A stretch of DNA of 52,491 nt from contig JALWLO010000143.1 of NCBI GenBank assembly GCA_027084135.1, positions 24,523 to 77,013 of the forward strand. The letters are read 5' to 3'. The DNA is from Campylobacterales bacterium. Its GTDB lineage: Bacteria; Campylobacterota; Campylobacteria; Campylobacterales; QNZT01. Made by a program: the position numbers and the translations under genes. This document shows positions 37,097-46,936 of the stretch, one piece after another. The first letter of the stretch is position 1. Each line of letters begins with the position of its first letter. A model generated the notes under the pieces. It did no database searches and was not told the DNA's origin. It was given only the letters and a program-made list of their open reading frames with translations.

Positions 37097-37504
37097 ATGA
37101 GGTTATTATCTATCACCACTTTTTTTTGGGTGCTACTTGGATATCTACTTGTAGTCTATTCTGATAAAATTCCTGCACCTTTTAAAACCAAGGTGCTTGA
37201 CTTTAACTATGTCTTATATACCCATAAAACCCTGCAGATAACCGTAGATAATGCCTTTATCTATGTAGGACTCTTTTGTCTCTTGATCGAGATCTACAAA
37301 GCAGCAACCACCAAAAACTTCAACTCTTTAGAGTCTCTCTTTAGCATCGTAGTTGCTATTATCTATCTGATACTCTTCATCACAACAAAGTTTGCCCATA
37401 ACTCTACATTTTTGATGCTAACCGTTATGGCTTTTATCGACGGACTCGGAGGATTTATCATAGAGTTAAATGCGGCACACAGGGATGTGATTTTCGGAAA
37501 GTAG
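37097..37504 (+). CDS. integral membrane protein, unknown function
   Basis: The 135 aa product has four hydrophobic segments. I recognise no family motif. Confidence 0.5.
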   Translation: MRLLSITTFFWVLLGYLLVVYSDKIPAPFKTKVLDFNYVLYTHKTLQITVDNAFIYVGLFCLLIEIYKAATTKNFNSLESLFSIVVAIIYLILFITTKFAHNSTFLMLTVMAFIDGLGGFIIELNAAHRDVIFGK

Positions 37505-37673
37505 CAGAGACAAACCATCAACTATCCTCCTCTCATATCGCCACAAGCTATTTTGGAGTGAACTTATTTATTTTATTGGAAAGAGAAACAAATATTGAAA
37601 ATACTACCGTTTTTGCTTGATAAAACAAGTCGCAACCAAATAAGACAATTTTAGTCTCATTTAATAAAGTTTA

Positions 37674-37682
37674 TGCTATAAT
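37674..37682 (+). promoter_or_regulatory. extended -10 promoter candidate for the suf operon
   Basis: TGCTATAAT lies 32 nt upstream of the sufB ATG. The RBS GAAGGTG is at 37702-37708. Confidence 0.4.
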
Positions 37683-37713
37683 ATGGTTAAGAATTAAAAT
37701 AGAAGGTGAAAAG

Positions 37714-39147
37714 ATGGCACAAGAAGAGGTAAACAAAGCCATAGCCGGTGAATATAATCTCGGATTTGAGATTGATATCGAGCAAGATACGGTACCACCT
37801 GGGTTGAATGAGGATGTCATAAAATTCATTTCAGCAAAAAAAGATGAGCCGGAGTGGATGCTGGAACTGCGTCTAAAGGCTTATCGAAAGTGGCTAACTA
37901 TGGAGGAGCCGACATGGGCGAAGGTGGAGTATGAACCGATAGATTATCAATCCATCTCTTACTTTGCGGCACCCAAAAAGGCTCCCGAGTCGCTGGATGA
38001 AGTGGATCCAAAGATATTAGAGGCGTATGAGAAGCTAGGCATCCCGCTTGAGGAGCAGAAGCAGTTACAAGGTATAGCGGTTGATGCCGTTGTTGACTCT
38101 GTTTCGGTTAAGACCACATTTTCGGACGAACTAATGAAGCACGGTATCATCTTCTGCTCGATCTCGGAGGCGATCAAAGATTACCCTGAGCTTATCAAAA
38201 AGTATATGTTTAGCGTCGTTCCGATGAATGACAACTTCTTTGCGGCACTCAATTCGGCTGTATTTACAGACGGTACATTTGTCTATATCCCAAAAGGGGT
38301 GCGATGCCCTATGGAGCTTAGTACCTACTTTAGGATCAATGCGATGAATACAGGGCAGTTTGAGAGAACTTTGATAGTGGCTGATGAGGGAAGTTATGTC
38401 AGCTACAACGAAGGGTGCTCCGCTCCTATGAGAGATGAGAACCAACTCCACGCGGCTGTGGTTGAACTGGTTGCGATGAAAGATGCGGAGATAAAGTACT
38501 CGACCATCCAAAACTGGTATCCGGGAGATAAAGAGGGCAAAGGGGGTATCTACAACTTCGTTACCAAAAGAGGTCTTTGCAAAGGGGATAACTCAAAGAT
38601 ATCTTGGACACAGGTAGAGACGGGATCAGCTATCACATGGAAGTATCCAAGCTGTATCTTAAAGGGAGATAACTCAGTCGGTGAATTTTACTCCGTTGCG
38701 GTTACTACCCTCGCCCAACAAGCTGATACCGGTACTAAGATGATACATCTTGGTAAAAACACAAGCTCCACGATCATCTCCAAAGGTATCTCGGCGATGA
38801 AGGGGCAAAACACTTATCGTGGACTTGTAAAGATAGGCGCAAATGCCGACGGAGCGAGAAATTTTAGCGAGTGCGACTCTCTACTTATCGGAAGCGAGTG
38901 CGGAGCACATACATTTCCGTACCTTGAGAGCAAAGATAGCCACGGACAGGTAGAGCATGAAGCAACCACTACAAAGATAAGCGATGAGCAACTCTTCTAT
39001 CTCAGACAAAGGGGCATCAGTGAAGAGGATGCGGTGAGTATGATCGTTCACGGTTTTTGTAAAGAGGTGTTTGCAAAGCTCCCGATGGAGTATGCGGTAG
39101 AGGCGAGAGCACTATTAGAATTAACATTAGAAGGAAGTGTGGGATGA
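37714..39147 (+). CDS. sufB: Fe-S cluster assembly scaffold SufB
   Basis: The 477 aa product is typical SufB, including [16 protein letters not shown] and a C-terminal beta-helix. Confidence 0.92.
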   Translation: MAQEEVNKAIAGEYNLGFEIDIEQDTVPPGLNEDVIKFISAKKDEPEWMLELRLKAYRKWLTMEEPTWAKVEYEPIDYQSISYFAAPKKAPESLDEVDPKILEAYEKLGIPLEEQKQLQGIAVDAVVDSVSVKTTFSDELMKHGIIFCSISEAIKDYPELIKKYMFSVVPMNDNFFAALNSAVFTDGTFVYIPKGVRCPMELSTYFRINAMNTGQFERTLIVADEGSYVSYNEGCSAPMRDENQLHAAVVELVAMKDAEIKYSTIQNWYPGDKEGKGGIYNFVTKRGLCKGDNSKISWTQVETGSAITWKYPSCILKGDNSVGEFYSVAVTTLAQQADTGTKMIHLGKNTSSTIISKGISAMKGQNTYRGLVKIGANADGARNFSECDSLLIGSECGAHTFPYLESKDSHGQVEHEATTTKISDEQLFYLRQRGISEEDAVSMIVHGFCKEVFAKLPMEYAVEARALLELTLEGSVG

Positions 39148-39896
39148 GTAAAGTATTGGATATAGTTGATTTAAAAGCCAAAATCGGTGATAAAGATATA
39201 TTAAAAGGGCTTAACTTGGCTCTTGAAGAGGGGAAGGTGCACGCCATCATGGGACCAAACGGTGCGGGTAAATCTACCCTCTCAAAAGCGATAGTGGGGC
39301 ACTATGATGTCGAAGTAACCGATGGAGAGATCATCTATAAGGGGAAAAATATCATCGATGAGGAGCCGGAAGTCAGGGCACTTGAGGGGATATTTTTAAG
39401 TTTTCAAAATCCTGTTGAAGTACCGGGTGTCAATAACGCCTACTTTTTAAGAACTGCGGTAAATGCCAGAAGAAAACATCTCGGACTGCCGGAACTCAAT
39501 GCGGCTGAGTTTCTTAGAGAGATGAAGGCAAAAGCCGAGGAACTTGGGATGAAACCCGAACTCATCAACAGAAGCCTCAACGAGGGCTTTAGCGGCGGGG
39601 AGAAGAAGAGAAACGAGATACTTCAGATGATGATGCTTGAACCTGATGTAGTGATACTCGATGAGATAGATTCGGGACTCGATATCGACGCCTTAAGAGC
39701 GGTAAGCCACGGTATCAATAAGATGAAAGACGGAAAAAGAAGCTTTTTGGTCATCACGCACTATAGCAGGATACTGGAGTATATCGAGCCCGACTATATC
39801 CATGTTCTCATCAACGGACAAGTTGTACATACAGGCGGTCCGGAACTTGTAGAGAAGCTTGAAAAAGAGGGTTATGGCTCTTTTGAGGGGAAATAG
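39144..39896 (+). CDS. sufC: Fe-S cluster assembly ATPase SufC
   Basis: The 250 aa product has Walker A (GPNGAGKST), the ABC signature (FSGGEKKR) and Walker B ([11 protein letters not shown]). Confidence 0.92.
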   Translation: MSKVLDIVDLKAKIGDKDILKGLNLALEEGKVHAIMGPNGAGKSTLSKAIVGHYDVEVTDGEIIYKGKNIIDEEPEVRALEGIFLSFQNPVEVPGVNNAYFLRTAVNARRKHLGLPELNAAEFLREMKAKAEELGMKPELINRSLNEGFSGGEKKRNEILQMMMLEPDVVILDEIDSGLDIDALRAVSHGINKMKDGKRSFLVITHYSRILEYIEPDYIHVLINGQVVHTGGPELVEKLEKEGYGSFEGK

Positions 39897-39897
39897 G

Positions 39898-41157
39898 ATG
39901 AGATTTGAGCACTTAAATTCACTTGATAGTGAGACGATTTTAAAAGAGTTGGGTAGTGAGCCCTCCAAAAGCGTTGCCGCAACAGCTCTATCAAAACTAA
40001 AAATACCGGATAAAAAAACGGAAAAGTATAGATATTTTGATATCACTCCTATCGTCTCAAAAGATTGGGATATCCTTGAAACAAAAGAGAGTAGCCCAAA
40101 ATCTACCGGTAATAAAATAGTATTGCAAGATGGAGCAGTGATAAATAGCGGCGATATAGAGGGTGTCAGTGTAGAGATCAAAGCCTTTAGCGAGATAGAC
40201 CCCACACACTTTGACGCACTCTATTACCTTAGTCACTTGATGGCAAAAAAGGCTATCGTTATCCACTGCGGTAAGGATTGCAGTTTTGAGATAGAGCATA
40301 TCTTTAGTACGAAAGAGCATCTTATCAACTATCGAGTCGTTTTGGTCGTAGAGCCAAATGTTCATGCCCAAGTCTATGAGAGCTTTATGGGTGAAGCGGT
40401 GGATAGTTTAGTACTAAGCGGTTATGACATCTTTGTAGAGAGGGATGCTTCGCTTCACTTGATCAAAAGCCATACCTTAAATGATGCCCACTACACGCCG
40501 ATATTTACAAGCAGGTACAGGGTAGATGAAAATGCAACGATGAAACTCAGTAGCTTTGATTTTTCTTTTGCTAAAGGGCTAAATATCTTCAAAGCTTACC
40601 TTGAAAAAGATGCCGCTTTTGATGCCGCCCATCTGCTCTATGTGGATAATAGCGCCAAGTACGGTATAGTCTCCGAAATAGAGCATCAAGGACGAAGCTC
40701 ACACTCAAACCAAAAAGCAAAGTCTATCTTAGATAATAGTGCCAAGGGGATATTTGACGCTCTGATCAGGGTAAACAATAGTGCAAAATGGACAAAAGCC
40801 CACCAAAACTCTAAAGCGATCCTGCTTCATAGCGGTGCCTATATGACGAGCAAACCGCAACTTGAGATATATATCGACGATCTGGAAGCGAGCCACGGCT
40901 CTACAACAGGACAGCTTGATGAGAGGCAGCTCTTTTACCTACGTTCAAGAGGTATCAATGAGGAGGATGCGAGAAAGATGCTTATCTTGGCATTTGCCAA
41001 TGAGATCGTCTCAACCGTAGAAGATAAAGAGTTAGCCGGTAGGATATATGTAGAGTTTGAGAGGGTATATTACGGCAACTATGAGCTTGAGTGCATCAAA
41101 ACTTGCGACGGCTGTGAAGAGTTAGTACTAGGAGAGAGCAGTGAAGACGATAGATGA
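39898..41157 (+). CDS. sufD: Fe-S cluster assembly protein SufD
   Basis: The product has the SufB/D beta-helix family C-terminus (LEASHGSTTGQLDERQLFYLRSRGI). I chose the ATG at 39898. The track uses an upstream alternative start inside sufC. Confidence 0.85.
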   Translation: MRFEHLNSLDSETILKELGSEPSKSVAATALSKLKIPDKKTEKYRYFDITPIVSKDWDILETKESSPKSTGNKIVLQDGAVINSGDIEGVSVEIKAFSEIDPTHFDALYYLSHLMAKKAIVIHCGKDCSFEIEHIFSTKEHLINYRVVLVVEPNVHAQVYESFMGEAVDSLVLSGYDIFVERDASLHLIKSHTLNDAHYTPIFTSRYRVDENATMKLSSFDFSFAKGLNIFKAYLEKDAAFDAAHLLYVDNSAKYGIVSEIEHQGRSSHSNQKAKSILDNSAKGIFDALIRVNNSAKWTKAHQNSKAILLHSGAYMTSKPQLEIYIDDLEASHGSTTGQLDERQLFYLRSRGINEEDARKMLILAFANEIVSTVEDKELAGRIYVEFERVYYGNYELECIKTCDGCEELVLGESSEDDR

Positions 41158-41569
41158 GGTATTAAATGAGTACAAGAGTGATTTTGAACTCTTTGAGGAT
41201 GGAAACTCAAAGTTAGAGTATATATTTGACCTTGGGAAGAGACATACCACTCTGCCTGAAGATGAAAAAAATGATAGCACCTTTATACACGGATGTGCAT
41301 CTCCCGCTTGGCTCGTGGGTGAGTGCAAAGACGGGGTATTAGTACTAAGGGGTGAGGGAACCAGTGAGATGGCAAAGGGTATGATCGTTTTGCTGATGGA
41401 TATATTTAGCAATAAAAAGGCAGACGATATCCTAAACTTCGATCCAAACAGACTCAATGAACTCGGCATCATAGAGCTTCTCTCACCCGTTAGACAAAAG
41501 AGTCTTCAATCTTTCCTAGAGAAGGTTTACACTTATGCAAAACGATGCAAGGAGGGAACACTATCATGA
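41141..41569 (+). CDS. sufE: SufE-like sulfur acceptor protein
   Basis: The 142 aa product has the active-site loop FIHGCASPAWL. Its GTG start follows GGAGAG and overlaps the sufD 3' end. Confidence 0.8.
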   Translation: MKTIDEVLNEYKSDFELFEDGNSKLEYIFDLGKRHTTLPEDEKNDSTFIHGCASPAWLVGECKDGVLVLRGEGTSEMAKGMIVLLMDIFSNKKADDILNFDPNRLNELGIIELLSPVRQKSLQSFLEKVYTYAKRCKEGTLS

Positions 41570-41913
41570 AAGATCTAAGAGAGGTAACACCCGAGCAGAC
41601 AAAAGAGAGAGTGATAGAGGAGCTAAAGAAGATCTACGACCCGGAACTTCCGGTAGATATCTATAACTTGGGACTCATCTATGATGTGGATTGTTGGAAG
41701 GATGATGTCAGTAAACTCAACAAGTGCAAAATCACCATGACCCTCACCTCTCCGACATGCTCTATGAGTGAGACGATAGTAGATCTGGTCAAATCTATCC
41801 CAAGCAGGATGGAGGGCGATCTCTTGGAACTTGATGTTGAAATAGTTTTTGACCCGCCTTGGGATCAAAACAAGATGAGTGACGAAGCAAAGCTCGCTAT
41901 GGGGATGCTCTAA
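41566..41913 (+). CDS. DUF59 / SufT-like Fe-S assembly protein
   Basis: The product contains IYDPELPVDIYNLGLIYDV and LTSPTCSM. Its ATG overlaps the sufE TGA as ATGA and follows an AAGGAGGG RBS. Confidence 0.8.
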   Translation: MKDLREVTPEQTKERVIEELKKIYDPELPVDIYNLGLIYDVDCWKDDVSKLNKCKITMTLTSPTCSMSETIVDLVKSIPSRMEGDLLELDVEIVFDPPWDQNKMSDEAKLAMGML

Positions 41914-41925
41914 CCCAAAATTTGG
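41911..41925. repeat. short palindromic element R4
   Basis: TAACCCAAAATTTGG is identical to the 15-mer at 32671. It includes the sufT stop codon. Confidence 0.7.
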
Positions 41926-41950
41926 CTTGAAACTGCGCAAATCCTCAGAT

Positions 41951-41969
41951 AAAAAAGGGCATAATGCCC
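41951..41969. terminator. hairpin GGGCAT-A-ATGCCC with upstream A-tract
   Basis: AAAAAA is followed by GGGCATAATGCCC, between sufT and trxA. The T-tract is on the minus-strand side, so its function on the plus strand is uncertain. Confidence 0.3.
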
Positions 41970-41992
41970 TTACCAATACATTAAGGAAAACT

Positions 41993-42373
41993 ATGGCAAT
42001 CATAAATCTAACTGAAGCAAACTTCAATGAAACCACTGAGAACAATCCCATCTTTGTGATAGACTTCTGGGCACCTTGGTGCGGACCGTGTGTGCAATTT
42101 GCACCGATTTTTGAAGAGGTGGCAAACGAGTATCCAGATATTGCATTCGGTAAATTAAATACCGATGAAGAGCAAGGTATCGCAAGCTACTTCAACATCC
42201 AATCCATCCCGACAGTTATGATCATCCGTGAGGGTGTGATCGTATTTTCTCAACCGGGAATGCTTCCAAAAGAGGCGCTAAAAGATGTGATCGAACAGGT
42301 ACAAGCTCTAAATATGGATGATGTCCGAGCTGAGATAGCCAAACAGCAAGAGGAAGCGAATAAGCAACAATAG
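41993..42373 (+). CDS. trxA: thioredoxin
   Basis: The product has the WAPWCGPC active site. I chose the ATG at 41993 after AAGGAAAA. The track ORF is extended upstream into the intergenic repeat. Confidence 0.9.
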   Translation: MAIINLTEANFNETTENNPIFVIDFWAPWCGPCVQFAPIFEEVANEYPDIAFGKLNTDEEQGIASYFNIQSIPTVMIIREGVIVFSQPGMLPKEALKDVIEQVQALNMDDVRAEIAKQQEEANKQQ

Positions 42374-42397
42374 TAGCCTGATTTACTTTAGGCTACT
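42372..42397 (+). terminator. hairpin after trxA
   Basis: AGTAGCCT pairs with AGGCTACT across a 10-nt loop. The U-tract is weak. Confidence 0.35.
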
Positions 42398-42410
42398 CCT
42401 ACAGTTCTTC

Positions 42411-42545
42411 TAACCACCCTCATACACCTCTTTTATCGTATAAGGCTTCTTATTCTGTCGAAATATATCCCTGAAATTAGCTCCGTCGGAAATCCCGTTT
42501 TGAGTCGTATTTTTACCGGTATTTTAGCACCAGAGAAGTAATCCC
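42411..42545 (-). pseudogene. decayed, frameshifted duplicate of the 3' end of the ArnC-like GT2 gene
   Basis: 42411-42468 aligns almost base-for-base with 43231-43275. The shared string is TAACC..CTCATA.ACCTCTTT.ATCGTATAAGGCTTCTTATTCTGT. The minus-strand translation ends ..QNKKPYTIKEVYEGG*, against ..QNKKPYTIKEVYEG* for the intact gene. Upstream similarity (TGFPTELI against TGFLAELI) continues in another frame. Confidence 0.75.
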
Positions 42546-42609
42546 AGTTAATAAAACTTTAATCCACTAACACTTATAATTACACATATACTTTATAAGG
42601 GATGGTGCT

Positions 42610-42840
42610 ATGGGTCAGATAACTATTTATATCAATAATGAACTAGAAAAGAGAATAAAAGAGTTGGCTTCATCTCAAAACACTTCTCTTAGCAAATATA
42701 TTTCAACCGTTTTAGAGAAAAATATCAGTAACAAGTGGGATCCAAAAGTGAAAGATTTAGCAGGTAGTTGGGGCGATTTTCCCACAGCCCAAGAGATAAG
42801 AGAGAGCAGTGCTACCGATATAAAGAGAGAAGAGTTTTAG
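42610..42840 (+). CDS. vapB: VapB-type antitoxin (ribbon-helix-helix-like)
   Basis: This 76 aa gene immediately precedes and abuts the PIN gene. A TATAAT lies at 42575-42580. Confidence 0.7.
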   Translation: MGQITIYINNELEKRIKELASSQNTSLSKYISTVLEKNISNKWDPKVKDLAGSWGDFPTAQEIRESSATDIKREEF

Positions 42841-43233
42841 ATGTATCTCCTTGACACAAACAGCGTTATCTACTTTTTTAAAGGGATGGGGCAACTCTCT
42901 AAAAATCTATTTTCACACTCTCCAAAAGATATATTTATCCCGACTATCGTACTCTACGAACTCCAAGTAGGTATCGCAAAATCACATAGCCCAAACAAGA
43001 GAAAAGAGCAGTTAAATCTACTCTTGGAACAGGTTCAAATCGTAGAGTTTGGCACGAAAGAGGCAAAAGAGGCAGCAGACATCATGGCTACATTGGAAAA
43101 ACTCGGAACTCCCATCGGACCTATGGATACCTTGATAGCCGGTTGCGCAAAAGCCAACAATCTAACCTTAGTAACCCACAATACCAAAGAGTTTCAAAAG
43201 GTAGAGGGGTTAGCGGCGGTTGATTGGTTTTAA
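42841..43233 (+). CDS. vapC: VapC PIN-domain ribonuclease toxin
   Basis: The 130 aa product starts MYLLDTNSVIYF with the first acidic residue. Later acidic residues are in EL..G, MDTLIAG and THNTKEF. Confidence 0.85.
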   Translation: MYLLDTNSVIYFFKGMGQLSKNLFSHSPKDIFIPTIVLYELQVGIAKSHSPNKRKEQLNLLLEQVQIVEFGTKEAKEAADIMATLEKLGTPIGPMDTLIAGCAKANNLTLVTHNTKEFQKVEGLAAVDWF

Positions 43234-44162
43234 CCCTCATAAACCTCTTTGATCGTATAAGGCTTCTTATTCTGTGCTCCGTAGTATGTCCTGATGATAA
43301 GCTCCGCCAAAAATCCCGTAACAACAAGTATGATACCGATAAATGTCAGCATCACGCCGAGTATCAAAAGCGGTCTCGTACCGATGCTATATCCAAGTAG
43401 CTTTAGTACAAACATATAGAAGTTGATAGCCATTCCGGCAAGAAATGTGATGATCCCCATCGTACCGAAGAGGTGCATCGGCTTTTGGCGATACTTCTCC
43501 AAAAAGAGCATCAACAGCAGATCGCTTACCACCCGAAAAGTTCTGCCCAGTCCATACTTGCTCTCACCGTGGACCCTCGGATGGTGCTTGACATTGACCT
43601 CCGTTATCCTCGCTCCATTTAGACTCGCAAGTACCGGTATGAAACGATGTAGTTCACCGTAGAGCTCCAGATTTTTCGCAACATCTCTCTTAAACAGTTT
43701 CAAAGTACAGCCGTAGTCATGCACATAGACACCTGTTAGTTTTCTGATAAGCTTGTTTGCGATTTTACTCGGTATCTTCCTTAGAAGCATCCCATCTTGA
43801 CGCTTTAGCCTTCTGCCGGCGACCACATCCCAATCACCCTCTTTGAGAGTTTTTATCATCATCGGTATATCGCTCGGATCATTTTGCAGATCGCCGTCGA
43901 TGGTGGCGATAAGCTCCCCTTCAGCCATATCGATACCGGCTGCCATAGCGGTGGTCTGCCCATAGTTTCGCTTGAAAACGACCACCTTCGTTCGATCATC
44001 GGCAAACTCTTTTAGCTTCTCTACTGTTTTATCCGTTGAGCCATCATCTACTACTATCAGCTCATAATCTATCCCCTTTAAAGCCTCTCTTATCGCATCG
44101 TACAGAGGCTTTACATTATCCTCTTCATTCATCATAGGTACTACAACCGACAGCTCTCTCAT
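43230..44162 (-). CDS. polyprenyl-phosphate glycosyltransferase, GT2 (ArnC/GtrB/DPM1-like)
   Basis: The 310 aa product contains VVVPMMNEEDNV, ELIVVDDGSTDKT and DGDLQNDP, plus two C-terminal TM helices. Confidence 0.85.
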   Translation of the reverse strand: MRELSVVVPMMNEEDNVKPLYDAIREALKGIDYELIVVDDGSTDKTVEKLKEFADDRTKVVVFKRNYGQTTAMAAGIDMAEGELIATIDGDLQNDPSDIPMMIKTLKEGDWDVVAGRRLKRQDGMLLRKIPSKIANKLIRKLTGVYVHDYGCTLKLFKRDVAKNLELYGELHRFIPVLASLNGARITEVNVKHHPRVHGESKYGLGRTFRVVSDLLLMLFLEKYRQKPMHLFGTMGIITFLAGMAINFYMFVLKLLGYSIGTRPLLILGVMLTFIGIILVVTGFLAELIIRTYYGAQNKKPYTIKEVYEG

Positions 44163-45691
44163 CTCTCAATCACCTTTATCAAAACTACTCCTCTTTTGCT
44201 ATAAATCGTCTCATATTTTTTAAAGTATTTTAGTCTATTGCTCTTAATCAAAGCACACTCCCCCGCTTTCGCATCTCTTCTTTTGACAATTTTTCTCGCA
44301 TAAAAGCTAAAGCTCGGTACATTGATATGCTCCATCACGATCTTGCATTGAAGCTCTCTTGCTTTGAGCGCCGCCTCCTTGATCGGTGTCTGCTTCGCTT
44401 GAGCCACCACCGGCAAGATTATGAGATTTATCACCCCGCTAAAAAGTAATCCTATAACAACTATCTTAAAATATATCTCTCTTTTACTCATCCCCACAAG
44501 CAGAGTGCCCAAGATAGCCCCTATCAAGCCCAAAAAGTAGCGCCGATCAAACAGCCCAAGCGACTCTCGTACGATCACCTTCGCATACGCATCTCTTATC
44601 TGCTCCACCCCGCCAAACTGTAGATAAAGCGGTAGTACCAAAAGCAAAATATAGAGTACTAAGGGAGCGATATAAAAGTTCCCGCTACGCTCTATCACCT
44701 CCCCCCTCAATGCCGTCAAAACAAACAACCCGGTATAACCGTAGATGACATAGTGCGGCAGTTTCGTACCCGATAGCGAAAAAAACAAAAAGACAAAGCC
44801 GAACCATATCACCGCATAGAGCGTCAAATCATCTTTGAGTCTCTTTTTCAGCGCATCAAAGAGAGCTCTTAGGTAGATAGTACTAAAGGGTAAAAGTCCG
44901 ATGATTAAAACCGGGATATAGTAAAACATCGAGCCGTAATGCCCCTCCATCGGTCCCTTAAAGCGCTCCACATTGTGCTTCAAGAAAAAGCCCTCAATAA
45001 ACTTTTGCCCCTGGGCGTGGTACTCAGCCAAGTACCAAGGAAGAGTCACCGCCAAAAATATCACGATACCGATAGGATTTAACAAAGCGCTCCACCAAGC
45101 ACCAAACTCCCTTTTGGATAGGAAAAATATCCCGCTTACCACAAAGGGTATCAACACTGCAATCGGTCCTTTTGTCAGTACGCCAAGCCCCATAAAGAGG
45201 TATGTTAGATAGATAAACTTTCTCTCTCTATTTTCATAATAGAGATAAATATTAAAGAGCGTAAGAGCGATGAAGAGATTTAGGAGTGCGTCGGCGATAG
45301 AGGCTTTGGCGATGATCGTTATCTGAAGCAGTACACTCATCATAAATGCACCAAGAAGCGCCCTCTTCTCATCGGCATATCTCTTTACAAAGCGATAGAG
45401 AACATAAACCCACAGCGTCGCCGCTACCGCCGAAGGAAACCTAACGGCAAACTCATTTAAACCGAATATCTTCGTACTAAGCGCCTGAAACCAGTAGATG
45501 AGTATCGGCTTGTCAAACCTAAGCTCTCCGTTTAGATAGGTCGTGATATAGTCTCCGCTTTTGAGCATCTCTCTTGTGGCTTCGCTAAACGCCCCCTCAT
45601 CCAGATCAAAGAGCGCAATCCAACCAAGCGTGAGATAGAAACTCAAAAATATCCCCGCAAATAGCGCTATCCTCAAAGCAAATATACTCAC
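44159..45691 (-). CDS. ArnT/PMT-like (GT39/GT83) membrane glycosyltransferase, copy 1
   Basis: The 510 aa product is polytopic. It has the N-terminal loop motif DLDEGAFSEATREMLKSGDY..FDKPILIYW. Confidence 0.8.
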   Translation of the reverse strand: MSIFALRIALFAGIFLSFYLTLGWIALFDLDEGAFSEATREMLKSGDYITTYLNGELRFDKPILIYWFQALSTKIFGLNEFAVRFPSAVAATLWVYVLYRFVKRYADEKRALLGAFMMSVLLQITIIAKASIADALLNLFIALTLFNIYLYYENRERKFIYLTYLFMGLGVLTKGPIAVLIPFVVSGIFFLSKREFGAWWSALLNPIGIVIFLAVTLPWYLAEYHAQGQKFIEGFFLKHNVERFKGPMEGHYGSMFYYIPVLIIGLLPFSTIYLRALFDALKKRLKDDLTLYAVIWFGFVFLFFSLSGTKLPHYVIYGYTGLFVLTALRGEVIERSGNFYIAPLVLYILLLVLPLYLQFGGVEQIRDAYAKVIVRESLGLFDRRYFLGLIGAILGTLLVGMSKREIYFKIVVIGLLFSGVINLIILPVVAQAKQTPIKEAALKARELQCKIVMEHINVPSFSFYARKIVKRRDAKAGECALIKSNRLKYFKKYETIYSKRGVVLIKVIER

Positions 45692-46290
45692 CCCTCTATC
45701 CTCTCTCTAAATCTCTTTTCGTACAGCCAGTAGCTAAAGAGTGAGCCGATAAATGCACCTGCCACCACATCGCTAAGATAGTGTCTGTCTATCACCACTC
45801 TGCTAAGAGCCACAAGCAGGCTCAGCGAAAAAAGAGCGACTCCAAAGCGCCTATATAAGAGCCAAACCGCCGTACTAAAGGCAAAGATAGTGGTCGAGTG
45901 TCCCGATGGAAAGGAGGTCATATCGTGCACGACATGAAAAAAGTCAAAGCCGTACAATCCCTCATGCAAAAAGTGCTCCGGTCTATATCTCCCGCCGACG
46001 ATCTTAAAAACCCAAATCAGTATCCCCGAAAGCGCCACGCTCAAAAAGAGGTAGAGCGCCTTTTGGGAGGCTTGAGAGTCTCTATTTTTGTTGAGTAGAT
46101 AGATAAGAAGTGTCGGGATGAGATAGTATTGAGACTCTCCCAAAAAGGTAATATCCTTGAAAAACGCCCGAACCCCGCTCTCTTTGATACTATAAAAGTA
46201 GCTTGCCAACTCCCTATCAAGCGCAAGATAGGAGTAAACCACAAACAGCGCCGACACGACTCCGACTATAACCCATCTCTTACTCTTCAA
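45688..46290 (-). CDS. PAP2-family lipid phosphatase, copy 1
   Basis: The product has the three PAP2 motifs: KIVGGRYRP, PSGH and SRVVIDRHYLSD. Confidence 0.85.
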   Translation of the reverse strand: MKSKRWVIVGVVSALFVVYSYLALDRELASYFYSIKESGVRAFFKDITFLGESQYYLIPTLLIYLLNKNRDSQASQKALYLFLSVALSGILIWVFKIVGGRYRPEHFLHEGLYGFDFFHVVHDMTSFPSGHSTTIFAFSTAVWLLYRRFGVALFSLSLLVALSRVVIDRHYLSDVVAGAFIGSLFSYWLYEKRFRERIEG

Positions 46291-46936
46291 GCCTCGCCTC
46301 TTTTTTGTAGATGAGATAATATACCAGCTTTAAGATTATAAAATTGACAATGATGGCAAAGAGTACATCACTCAAAAAGTGCGCCCCTTGAACCACACGG
46401 GTAAGTGCCATCAAAGCCACAAATGAGAGGCTTAGTACTAAGATAAGCCGATTTCTAAACACATAAGCCAACGCCAAAAAGAACATCGCCCCTCCTACAT
46501 GTCCGCTGATAAATGAACAGTTGTGGTCGCACTTGCCGCTAAAGTCATAGTATGGAGTAAACTTATGCTCTCCTCCAAAAAATTTACTATTTACGGGTCT
46601 TACTCTCCCGCTATACTCTTTAAAAACCAGATTTGTCACCACTGCGGGACCCGTTATGAGATAAACAAGCAAAAAAATAGCGGCTTTTTTATCGAGATAT
46701 TTGCCTATTTTTCTCCCTTTATAGGTATATATCAAAAGTGCGAGAAGTACGATCACCGTCACTATCGTCAGCGGCACAATCACATCATGCATAAACTCAA
46801 AAATCGGCTCATGCTTCAAAAAAAACTCCCCATCTCTGTAAAACAACTTACTTACAAAGATATCTAGCTCCGGAAAGCATGCAAATACCACCGCCACAGC
46901 TACGGAAAAGAGTATAAAAAGTCTCCCAAACATCAA
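46280..46936 (-). CDS. PAP2-family lipid phosphatase, copy 2
   Basis: The product has the PAP2 motifs KEYSGRVRP, SGH and TRVVQGAHFLSD. Confidence 0.85.
   Translation of the reverse strand: MMFGRLFILFSVAVAVVFACFPELDIFVSKLFYRDGEFFLKHEPIFEFMHDVIVPLTIVTVIVLLALLIYTYKGRKIGKYLDKKAAIFLLVYLITGPAVVTNLVFKEYSGRVRPVNSKFFGGEHKFTPYYDFSGKCDHNCSFISGHVGGAMFFLALAYVFRNRLILVLSLSFVALMALTRVVQGAHFLSDVLFAIIVNFIILKLVYYLIYKKEARLEE

Noticed and set aside
37640-37660. TAAGAC-AATTTTA-GTCTCA as a Fur- or IscR-type operator upstream of sufB.
   Set aside because: The arms are only 5 of 6 complementary. There is no resemblance to the Fur-box or IscR type 1 or 2 consensus that I can verify by eye.
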